From Felis catus (lineage: Eukaryota), in the NCBI RefSeq assembly GCF_018350175.1, contig NC_058368.1:45758001-45822000 (forward strand): a stretch of 64,000 nucleotides of DNA, given 5' to 3'. This document shows positions 53,629 to 64,000 of this stretch, piece after piece. Under the pieces are notes generated by a model that saw only the letters and a program-made list of their open reading frames with translations, was not told the DNA's origin and made no database searches. The stretch's first letter is position 1; each line of letters begins with the position of its first letter. Made by a program: the position numbers and the translations under genes.

Positions 53629-56600
53629 CTAAAGTCTGTCATTTAGAATAGAAGGAGAGATAAAGGTCTTCCCAAACAAAAACTGAAGGAAATCCTCACC
53701 ACTAAACCAGCCCTACAAGAGATCCTAAGGGGGATCCTGTGAGACAAAGTACCAGAGACATCGCTACAAGCATGAAACCTATGGACATCACAATGACTCT
53801 AAACCCATATCTTTCGATAATAACACTGAATGTAAATAGACTAAATGCGCCAACCAAAAGACATAGGGTATCAGAATGGATAAAAAAAAAAAAAAAAAAA
53901 AAAAAAAACAAGACCCATCTATTTGCTGTCTACAAGAGACTCATTTTAGACCTGAGGACACCTTCAGATGGGGGGATGGAAAACTATTTATCATGCCATT
54001 GGAAGTCAAAAGAAAGCTGGAGTAGCCATACTTATATCAGACAAACTAGACTTGAAAGGCTGTAACAAGAGATGAAGAAAGTCATTATATAATAATCACA
54101 GACTCTATCCATCAGGAAGAGATAACAACATAAATGTCTATGCATTGAATACCAGAGCCCCCATATATATATAAAACAATTACTCACAAACATAAGCAAC
54201 CTTATTGATAAGAATGTGGTAATTGCAGGGGACTTTAACACTGCACTTATAGAAATGGATAGATCATCTAGACACACGGTCAATAAAGAAACAAGGGCCC
54301 TGAATGAGACATTGGATCAGATGGACTTGACAGATATATTTAGAACTCTGCATCCCAAAGCAACAGAATATACTTTCTTCTCGAGTGCACATGGAACATT
54401 CTCCAAGACAGATCACATACTGGGTCACAAAACAGCCCTTCATAAGTATACAAGAATTGAGATCATACCATGCATACTTTCAGACCACAATGCTATGAAG
54501 CTTGAAAATCAACCACAGGAAAGTCTGGAAAACCTCCAAAAGCATGGAGGTTAAAGAACACCCTATTAAAGACAGAATGGGTCAACCAGGCAATTAGAGA
54601 AGAGGTTAAAAAATATATGGAAACGAAAATGAAAATACAACAATCCAAACGCTTTGGGATGCAGCGAAGGCAGTCCTGAGAGGAAAATACATTGCAATCC
54701 AGGCCTATCTCAAGAAACAGGAAAAATCCCAAATACAAAATCTAACAGCACACCTAAAGGAAATATGAAGCAGACAGAAAAGGCAGCCTAAATCCATCAG
54801 AAGAAGGGAAATAATAAAGATCAGAGCAGAAATAAACAATAGAGAATCTAAAAAAACTGTAGAGCAGATCAACGAAACCAAGAGTTGGTTTTTTGAAAAA
54901 ATAAACAAAATTGATAAACCTCTAGCCAGGCTTCTCAAAAAGGAAAGGGAGATGACCCAAATAGATAAAATCATGAATGAAAATGGAATTCTTACAACCA
55001 TCCCTCAGAGATACAAGCAAAGATCAGGGAATACTATGAAAAATTATATGCCAACAAATTGGACAACCTGGAAGAAATGGACAAATTCCTAAACACCCAC
55101 ACGCTTCCAAAACCCAATCAGGAGGAAATAGAAAGCTTGAACAGACCCATAACCGGCGAATAAATTTAATCAGTCATCAAAAATCTCCCAACGAGTAAGA
55201 GTCCAGGACAAGATGGCTTCCCAGGGGAGTTCTACCAGACGTTTAAAGCGGAGATAATACCTATCTTCTCAAGCTATTCCAGGAAATAGAAAGGGAAGGA
55301 AAACTTCCAGACTCATTCTATGAAGCCAGTATTACTTTGATTCCTAAACCAGACAGAGACCCAGTAAAAAAAAAAAGAGAACTACAGGCCAATATCCCTG
55401 ATGAATATGGATGCAAAAATTCTCAGTAAGATACTAGCAAATCGAATTCAACGGCATATAAAAAGAATTACTCACCATGATCAAGTGGGATTCATTCCTG
55501 GGATGCAGGGCTGGTTCAACATTGACAAATCAATCAATGCGATACATCACATTAATAAAAGAAAAGATAAGAACCATATGATCCTGTCAACTGATGCAGA
55601 AAAGGCCTTTGACAAAATCCAGCAAACTTTAATAAAAACTCTCAAGAAAGTCGGGATAGAAGGAACATAAACATCATAAAAGCCATTTATGAAAAGCCCA
55701 CAGCTATCATCCTCAATGGGGAAAAACTGAGAGCTTTTTCCCTGAGATCAGGAACACAACAGGGATGTCCACTCTCACTGCTGTTGTTTAACATAGTGTT
55801 GGAAGTGCTAGCATCAGCAATCAGGCAACAAAAGGAAATCAAAGGCATCAAAATTGGCAAAGATGTAGTCAAGCTTTCACTTTTTGCAGATGACATGATA
55901 TTATATATGGAAAATCTGATAGACTCCACCAAAAGTCTGCTAGAACTGATACATGAATTTAGCAAAGTTGCAGGATACAAAATCAATGTACAGAAATCTG
56001 TTGCATTCTTATACACTAATAATGAAGCAACAGAAAGACAAAGAAACTGATCCCATTCACAATTGCACAAAGAAGCATAAAATACCTAGGAATAAATCTA
56101 ACCAAAGATGTAAAAGATCTGTACGCTGAAAACTATAGAAAGCTTATGAAGGAAATTGAAGAAGATATAAAGAAATCGAAAAACATTCCATGCTCATGGA
56201 TTGGAAAAATATTGTCAAAATGTCAATACTACCCAAAGCTATCTACACATTCAATGCAATCCCAATCAAAATTGCACCAGCATTCTTCTTGAAACTAGAA
56301 CAAGCAATCCTAAAATTCATATGGAACCACAAAAGGCCTCGAATAGCCAAAGTAATTTTGAAGAAGACCAAAGCAGGAGGCATCACAATCCCAGCCTTTA
56401 GCCTCTACTACAAAGCTGTAATCATCAAGACAGCACGGTATTGGCACAAAAACAGACACATAGACCAATGGAATAGAATAGAAACCCCAGAACTACACCC
56501 ACAAACGTATGGCCAACTCATCTTTGACAAAGCGGGAAAGAACATCCAATGGAAAACACAGTCTCTTTAACAAATGGTGCTGGGAGAACTGGACAGCAAT

Positions 56601-57822
56601 ATGCATAAGATTGAAACTAGACCACTTCTCACACCAGTCACAAAAAGAAACTCAAAATGGATAAAGGACCTGAATGTGAGACAGGAAACCATCAAAACCC
56701 TAGAGGAGAAAGCAGGAAAAGACCTCTGACCTCAGCCGTAGCCATCTCTTACTCAACATATCCCCAAAGGCAAGGGATTTAAAAGCAAAAATGAACTACT
56801 GGGACCTCATGAAGATAAAAAGCTTCTGCACAGCAAAGGAAACAACCAACAAAACTAAAAGGCAACCAACGGAATGGGAAAAGATATTCGCAAATGACAT
56901 ATCGGACAAAGGGCTAGTATCCAAAATCTATAAAGAGCTCACCAAACTCCACACCTGAAAAACAAATAACCCAGTGAAGAAATGGGCAGAAAACATGAAT
57001 AGACACTTCTCTAAAGAAGACATCCAGATGGCCAACAGGCACATGAAAAGATGTTCAGCGTCACTCCTTATCAGGGAAACACAAATCAAAACCACACTCA
57101 GATATCACCTCAAGACAGAGTGGCCAAAATGAAAAATCAGGGAACTATAGATGCTGGAGAGGATGTGGAGAAATGGGAACACTCTTGCACTGTTGGTGGG
57201 AATGCAAACTGGTACAGCCACTCTGGACAACGGTGTGGAGGTTCCTCAGAAAATTAAAAATAGACCTACCCTATGACCCAGCAATAGCACTGCTAGGGAT
57301 TTATCCAAGGGATACAGGAGTACTGATGCATAGCGGCACTTGTACCCCAATGTTCATAGCAGCACTCTCAACAATAGCCAAATTATGGAAAGAGCCTAAA
57401 TGTCCATCAACTGATGGATAAAAAATTGTGGTTTATATACACAATGGAGTACTACGTGGCAATGAGAAAGAATGAAATATGGCCCTTTTTAGCAACATGG
57501 ATCGAACTGGAGAGTGTTCTGCTAAGTGAAATAAGCCATACAGAGAAAGACAGATACCATATGGTTTCACTCTTATGTGTGGATCCTGAGAAACTTAACA
57601 GAAACCCATGGGGGAGGGGAAGGAGAAAAAAAAAAAAAAGAGGTTAGAGTGGAAGAGAGCCAAAGCATAAGAGACTCTTAAAAACTGAGAACTGAGGGTT
57701 GATGGGGGGTGGGAGGGAGGGGAGGGTGGGTGATGGGTATCGAGGAGGGCACCTTTTGGGATGAGCACTGGGTGTTGTATGGAAACCAATTTGACAATAA
57801 ACTTCATATATTGAAAAAAAAT
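53629..57822 (+). mobile_element. Young feline-type L1 (L1_Fc-like), 5'-truncated in the ORF1 C-terminus, about 4.2 kb
   Basis: Perfect 12-bp TSD aaagtcacttga at 53617-53628 and 57823-57834, at a TT/AAAG endonuclease-type site. ORF1 end (..TTKPALQEILRGIL*, stop 53740-53742), full-length ORF2 region, G-rich 3' UTR, AATAAA and A tail. Confidence 0.98.
53793..57589 (+). pseudogene. Inactivated L1 ORF2 (endonuclease - reverse transcriptase - C-terminal domain)
   Basis: Starts MTLNPYLSIITLNVN. Contains EN motifs GDFN and SDHN, RT FADD (55883-55894), and [12 protein letters not shown] near the end. Broken into many pieces by frameshifts and stops. Confidence 0.96.
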
Positions 57823-58827
57823 AAAGTCACTTGAATAAAAACTATCTGTAAGAAAGTAGTATAGAGGATAAACGCTTAGCCTCCATATTGACATCATCTC
57901 AACACCTGCCCATGTGCATGTGTACATATGAGCTCTCATATGTGTACCTATGAGTATTTCCTTGTCAGAGACTATCCTCAAAATAAATAAATAAAAAAAT
58001 AAAGGCAAAAAAAGCTACCTTATAAAATTAAGAGTGAACACGTGAACACTTTGCTGATATTTAAATTATCTACATCACAATGCTGTTGGCACCACTATTA
58101 ACCTCATTGTATATATTCAGAAACAGTCTTGAACACATTCAGCCAAATGTCCAAGGGTGTATAGCTGACATATTAAAAAGATAAAAGGAAAAGTCCAATT
58201 TCAAAATATCTGATTTCACGATTTTCAAACCCCTTAGTGCCTATTTTTATTTTCTCATATTATGCTTTTTCTAGAGAGCTTAATTGCAGCCATTTTAAGT
58301 ACATACCAGGAACATCCCCTTGCAGGTTTTTCCTTACCCTGTACTTTTTCCCCTGGATTTCTTTCCCCTGCCTTCCCAAAGATAAATTTTTTTTAATCAT
58401 CATTTAAGATTCTTTTCATAAAGGTATTAACTCTGTCTTGCTCTCTTTACTGTCATAGGTCATTACATATTTAAAAACACAGAAAAAACACAGAAAAACT
58501 ATATAAGAACACTCACACACGAGGAGACAAACAAGAATACATATACAAGCTATATATATATCCCACTTACATCAATGGACAGGCCATCCAAACAAAACCA
58601 ATGAGGAAATAGTAGCTTTGAAGGACATATTGGACTAGATATAGACAAAACATTCCTTAATACAGGCTTATTCTTTTCTTCAAGTGCACATGAACATTCT
58701 TCAGGATAGATCACATGTTAAGCCATAAAATGAGTTAAGCCACTCAATGAATTTAAGATTGAAATCTTATCAAACATCATTTCTGACCACAACTGTGTAA
58801 AACTAGAAATTACAACAAAAATATGGG

Positions 58828-58830
<3 letters not shown>

Positions 58831-58882
<52 letters not shown>
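58831..58882. repeat. (CA)26 microsatellite inside the old L1
   Basis: Read directly. Confidence 0.96.
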
Positions 58883-58885
<3 letters not shown>

Positions 58886-60176
58886 ACTAAATAGCATGCT
58901 ACTAAATAACAATGGGTCAAGGAAGAAGTCAAAGAGAAAAATTAAAACAAAGTACAAATGAAAATGAAAAAATATAAAATCTTTGTGACGCACATACACA
59001 CAAAAACAGTACAAAGTTGGAAGTTAATAGTGATACAGCTAATTTCAAGAAATGAGAAAAATCTCCAACACACTAACCTCCCACCTAAAGGGACTAGAAA
59101 AGTAACCATGAAGCCCAAAAATAATGGAGGGAAAAACAATAAAGATCAGAGTGGAAATAAATCAAACGTTAAAATAGAAAAGATAAAAAAAAGCTTTAAA
59201 AGGGAAATAAAATAGATTAAAACTTTACCAAACTTTTTTTTTTTTTAAGGCCCTGAAAATTACAAATGAAGGAGAGAAAACTACAGGCCAATCTCTCTGT
59301 ATGAACAATACACAAATTCTCAACAAAATATTAGCAAACTCAATTCAACAATACATTAGAAGGATCAGTCAGCACAGTCAAGAGACTTATTCCAGGGATG
59401 CAATGATGGTTCAATATTTACAAAAATGATATGATGTATCACACTAACAAATTGAAGGATAAAATTCACATCTTAATAGACACAGAAAAAGCATTTGACA
59501 GAATTCAGTAACCATTCATGATCAGAACTTTCAATATTAGTGGGTTTAGAGAGAACATAGAACTCAAAATAATAAAGGCCACATAGGACAAACCCACAGC
59601 TGACATCCTTCTCGATGTTGAACTGAAAGCCTTTTCCCTAAGATCGTTAACAATCAAGGATATCCACTCTTGCAACTTTTATTCAACATATTACTGAAAG
59701 TCCTAGCTACAAAAAATAAAAAAAGTTATCCAAGTTAGTATGAAACAAGAACGGTCACTATTTGCAGAGGACGGGATATCATATTAAAAAAAAAACCTGG
59801 AGACTCTAAAAATCTATGAAAATAAGTGAGTTCAGTAAAGTTACAGGATGAAAAAAAATTAATATAGAAATCTGTGATACTTCTATACACTAATGAAATG
59901 GCAGAAAGAGGAATAAAATAATCCCCTTTACAATTTCATCAAAGACAATCCCTAGAAATAACTTTAAATAGGCAAAAGAGCTGTACTCTGAAAACTATAG
60001 GACAGTCCAAGAAATTGAAGAGGACATAAATAGAAAAGTATTACAATCAGAGATTGGAAAAACATGGTTAAAATGCCCATACTACGAAAAGAAATCTATA
60101 ATTTAATGCAACTCCAATCAAAATACCAATAATATTTTCACAGAGCTAAAATAATCTTAAAGTCTGTACAGAACCA

Positions 60177-60177
<1 letters not shown>

Positions 60178-60225
<48 letters not shown>
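60178..60225 (+). repeat. A48 homopolymer inside old L1 ORF2
   Basis: gaaccac(A48)ccttaaatagccaaa. The homologous site in the young L1 is gaaccacaaaaggcctcgaatagccaaa (about 56324-56351). Confidence 0.92.
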
Positions 60226-60229
<4 letters not shown>

Positions 60230-60551
60230 AAATAGCCAAACTAATCTTAAGAGGAGCAAAGCCAGAGGTATCACAACCCCAGATTCCAAAATATACATAT
60301 AGTAAAGCTATAGTAATCAAGACAGTATTGTAACTGGCACAAAAACAGACAGATCAAAAGATCAGAATAGAGTGCCCAGAAATAAACTCATACCTTTATG
60401 GTTCATTCATCTATGACAAAGTAGACAGTAATATACGATGGGGAGAAGACCATCTCTTCAGTAAATGAGGCTGGAAAAACTGAACAGCTATGTGCAAAGG
60501 AAGGACATTAGACCATTTTCTTATGCCATACACAAAAATAAACTCCAAACA

Positions 60552-60740
60552 GGGGGCACTTGGGTGGCTCAATGGTTAAGTATCTGACTTCAGTTCAGGT
60601 TATGATCTCGGGGTTCGTGGATTGAAGCCACTTGTCAGGCTCTGTGCTGACAGCTCAGAGCTTGGAGTCTGTCTCCCTCTCTCTCTGTCCCTCCCCTGCT
60701 TATTTTGTCTCTCAAAAATAAACATTAAAAATTTTTAAAA
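60552..60740 (+). mobile_element. Can-SINE inserted in the old L1
   Basis: Head gggggcacttgggtggctcaatggttaag. L1 ORF2 resumes after the tail. Confidence 0.93.
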
Positions 60741-61302
60741 ATTCAAAATTGATTAAAAACTTAAATGTGAGGCCTGAAACTATAAAACTTTTGAAAGAAA
60801 ACCTGGGCAGTAATCTGTTGGACATCACCCTTAGCAACATATTTATGGATCTCTCTTCAGACAAGGAAAACAAAACCAAAAATAAGCTATTGGGATTTCA
60901 TCAAAATAAAAAGCTTTTGCAAAACACAGGAAACAAAATGAAAAGGTAACTTCCTGAATGGGAAAAGATATTTGCAAATGATAGACGTTATAAGAGATTA
61001 AAGTCCCAAATATATCAAGAACTCATATACCTCAACACACAGATAAACACACAAAGTTTAAAAATGTGCAAAGGACCTAAATAAACATTTTTTTCAAAGA
61101 CGATATACAGATGGCCAAAGACCTATGAGAAGATGTTCAACATCACTAGCCATCAGGGAAATTCAAAGCAAAACCACAATGACATCATGTTTGTTAAAAT
61201 GGGTAGTATCAAAAAGACAAGAAGTAAGAGTTGACAAGGATGTGGAGAAAAGGGAACCACCAGGCTATGTTGGTAAAAATGTGAACTGGAACAAGCACTT
61301 TT

Positions 61303-61345
61303 GGGAGCCACTGCCCCAGGGGGAGCCACTGCCCCAGGGGGAGCC
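61303..61345. repeat. 18-bp tandem repeat, about 2.4 copies (gggagccactgccccagg)
   Basis: Exact copies at 61303-61320 and 61321-61338, partial copy at 61339-61345. Confidence 0.92.
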
Positions 61346-61710
61346 CATGCACAAGTGAGAGAGAGGGGCAGGGGGGTGGGGAATCCTAAGCAGTCTCCAC
61401 ACTCCACATGAAGACCGAGGCAGGGTTCAATCCCACAACGCTGGGATCATGCCCTGAGCCAAATCAAGAGTCATATTCAACCAGTGGCACCTGAGTGACT
61501 TTAAACACCCAACTCTTGATTTGAGCTCAGTTCATGATTTCATGGTTTGTGAGTTTAAGCCCCTTATCAGACTATGGGGACAGAGCAGAGCCTGCTTGGG
61601 ATTCTGTCTCCCGCTCTCTGTCCCTACCCCCTTCTCAAAAAACAAACAATGAAAAAAAAAAAAAAAAGAAACACAGATCCTCAACCAAATAAGCCACCCA
61701 GGTGTGCCCC
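61346..61710 (-). mobile_element. Can-SINE (outer), split by a nested plus-strand SINE
   Basis: Body runs to ..gccaaatcaagagtcatattcaacca (about 61484) and resumes ..cagatcctcaaccaaataagccacccaggtgtgcccc (about 61674-61710). Confidence 0.85.
61485..61668 (+). mobile_element. Can-SINE (inner, nested)
   Basis: gtggcacctgagtgact...actcttgatttgagctcagttcatgat...cctgcttgggattctgtctc, then A tail. Confidence 0.85.
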
Positions 61711-63301
61711 TTAGTTTTTGGTGTAAGTGATCCCTAAGAAAGAGTTACTACTAAAAAGATCATAATTCAGTTATTCCACAGCTAGGTATTTACCCAAAGA
61801 AAACAAAAACACAAATTCAAAAGATATATGCTCCCCTGTGTTCACTGCAGCATTATTTACAACAGCCAAGACATGGAGGCAACTTAAGTGCCCACCAACA
61901 GATTAGTGAATAAAGATGTGGTATTCATATGCAATGAGATATTACTGAGCCATAAAAAAAGAATGAAATCTTGCCATATGACAATATGGATGGACCTAGA
62001 GTGTATTATGCTGAGTGGAATAGGTCACTTTATGATTTCACTTATAAATGAAACCAAAGAAAACCAAAATAAAACAAATGAACAACAGCAATAACAGACT
62101 GAAATAGAGATCAAACTGACAACTACCAGAGAAGAGAGGGTTGGAGCATGGGAAAAAATACAGGAAGGGGATTAAGGGGTAGACATTTCTGCTTGTAAGT
62201 GATAAAGATAGTACGTACAGCACAGCAAATATAGTCAATATTGTAATATATGGTGACAGACATTAACTATACTTACAGGGCACATCACGTAGTGCACAGA
62301 ATTATGGAATCACTACATTATGCACCTGAAAGTAACAGAACCTTGTATGTCAACTAACCTCAATAACTTAAAATATATACATGTTTTTCTCATTTACATT
62401 TATGTTGTGTATTTTGAGCATAAATATATACATTTTTTAAGTTTGAGGGGGAGGGGCGCGGAGGGGTGCAGAGGGCGAAAGAGATAAATATGCATTTTTA
62501 TACACACACACACACACACACACTCTTAGACACACACAGTGGAGAATCCAAGATAATATAGTTTAGCAAGGATTCAAAAAACGTCTACCCGTCACCAGAG
62601 TGGACTGTATCCTGGATAATAATTGAACTTTAATCTCAGAATCTGTTTCTGAATTAGTAAAAACTATTGTTTTGATTACTTTTAATAAAGCCATAATAAT
62701 CTTTTAGTGGCCTTCGAAGGTAAATGGAGTTGTCCCCAAATTCAACTGTTTGCCAAAGATTTACAAGATTTACCATCTTATTTGAACAATTTTCAATTCC
62801 AAAGTACATACTCTTTCTACAAAAACACATCAGATCAATCACATTCAACTTTGTAAAAACACACATATGTAAATACACCCTTACTGTAGGAAAATCCATT
62901 TTATAAGATCCTACCTATACAATAGAGAAATGATGCTTGGATGGTGCATACAGATATAAATCCTTTGTATTTTCTTCTTCCTCAATGGAATTCAGAAACT
63001 TTTTAAAGTGGTCATAAGACTGTAGAGTTCTGGTTCTTCTTCCCTGTTATTTATAAAACGTATACCATTTGGATTTTTCCCTCAAGTAAAATGATAAATA
63101 TTTGTGTTATTAATGTATTTCTTAGAAAATGTCATCTCACTTGGTCAAATGGGGATTAAGTTATATTTCCGAGGTCTCAATGACAAAACTAGTAAGGATT
63201 TGCACAAGTTTTTCTAATCCACAACTGGTAGACAAGTGAAAGGAAACCTTTTCTATACTTTCTAAACTAACCAAAAAGATTTATAGCATTGGTATGTTTT
63301 A

Positions 63302-63508
63302 AGATTGTTTATGTTTATTCATTTTTGAAAGACACACAGAGCACAAGCAGGGGTGGGGCAGAAAGAGAGGGGGACACAGAATCTGAAGCAGGCTCCAGGC
63401 TCTGAGCTGTCAGCACAGAGCCCGACATGGGGCTCGAACTCACAAACCGCGGGATCATGACCTGAGCCAAAGTTGGATGCTCAACTGGCTGAGCCATCCA
63501 GGCACCCC
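63302..63508 (-). mobile_element. Can-SINE (SINEC_Fc-like)
   Basis: 15-bp TSD with 1 mismatch, cattggtatgtttta / cattggtaggtttta. Ends gagccatccaggcacccc. Confidence 0.96.
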
Positions 63509-64000
63509 ACATTGGTAGGTTTTAGAGTCCTCCTTATTAGGCATTAACTTTGGAGCTACCTGAAGGTTTATTGACTCTCAATCTTCAAATATTTTCAGTT
63601 TAAATTAAAAAATATTTATCTTCATATAAAATCACATTTTGCATTGAAAGCATGCTTCATAATTATTCTAAAACGTTTAGGAAATCCATTAACTATAGTT
63701 CCACATATTACTCATTAAAAACCTAGACAATTATTTAGTATTGTTAAACTAACGAAATAGCAAGACGTTAGGTTATATCAATGTATTTATCTTAAACTGG
63801 AAATGTAACAAATTATTCCTGAAGTTCAATTAATTTAAACACTGGCATATTGAAAGGTGAGGAATGATACTCTGTATAGGGTGGTCAATCCACTTACTGG
63901 CATTGATAAAAGGAATACAAAAATATTGGAAACATTGAAGTGACAGATTATATAATATCTATGTCTAGCAATTAAATGTACCCTGGAAAATCTATCTACT

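Larger units (their letters stand above)
58555..62372 (+). mobile_element. Older carnivore L1 (late EN domain to 3' UTR), degenerate, with internal deletion and three SINE insertions
   Basis: Peptides IKNLNVRPETIKLLKEN, MRRCSTSLAIREIQ, WMDLECIMLS. The 3' UTR (..cacctgaaagtaacagaaccttgtatgtcaact) differs from that of the young L1. Confidence 0.93.

Noticed and set aside
53793..57589. Possibly active L1 or novel RT-containing system
   Set aside because: The 5' UTR and most of ORF1 are absent and ORF2 has many frameshifts and stops; this is an ordinary dead L1 copy.
53702..58008. Minus-strand ORFs antisense to L1 (up to 137 aa)
   Set aside because: Typical antisense open frames of A-rich L1 sequence, with no independent evidence of coding.

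Overview
AT-rich, CpG-depleted mammalian genomic DNA, almost certainly from a feliform carnivore (cat family or a close relative). This is inferred from 17 tRNA-derived Can-SINE copies of the SINEC_Fc type and a cat-type L1 3' UTR. The window is intronic or intergenic and dominated by interspersed repeats. These include a young 5'-truncated L1 with a perfect 12-bp TSD (53629-57822), an older carnivore L1 carrying three SINE insertions (about 58555-62372), another L1 ORF2 fragment (about 690-1935), ancient L2/MIR/MLT/MER copies, ERVL-class LTRs, and two ERVL internal fossils (gag on -, integrase/dUTPase on +). I recognise no intact protein-coding gene, RNA gene, CRISPR array or prokaryote-type system. 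The ORF track is explained by L1/SINE/microsatellite pieces or chance. A few short segments with good splice signals on the minus strand, together with the plus-strand bias of the large L1s, hint at an unidentified minus-strand host transcript, but this is weak. I found no convincing previously undescribed system. The most notable items are the rearranged ERVL fossil, a forward-inverted-forward micro-triplication at 35.0 kb, and nested retrotransposon insertions. Repeat family names come from recalled consensus motifs, not a database search, and the boundaries of ancient repeats are approximate.
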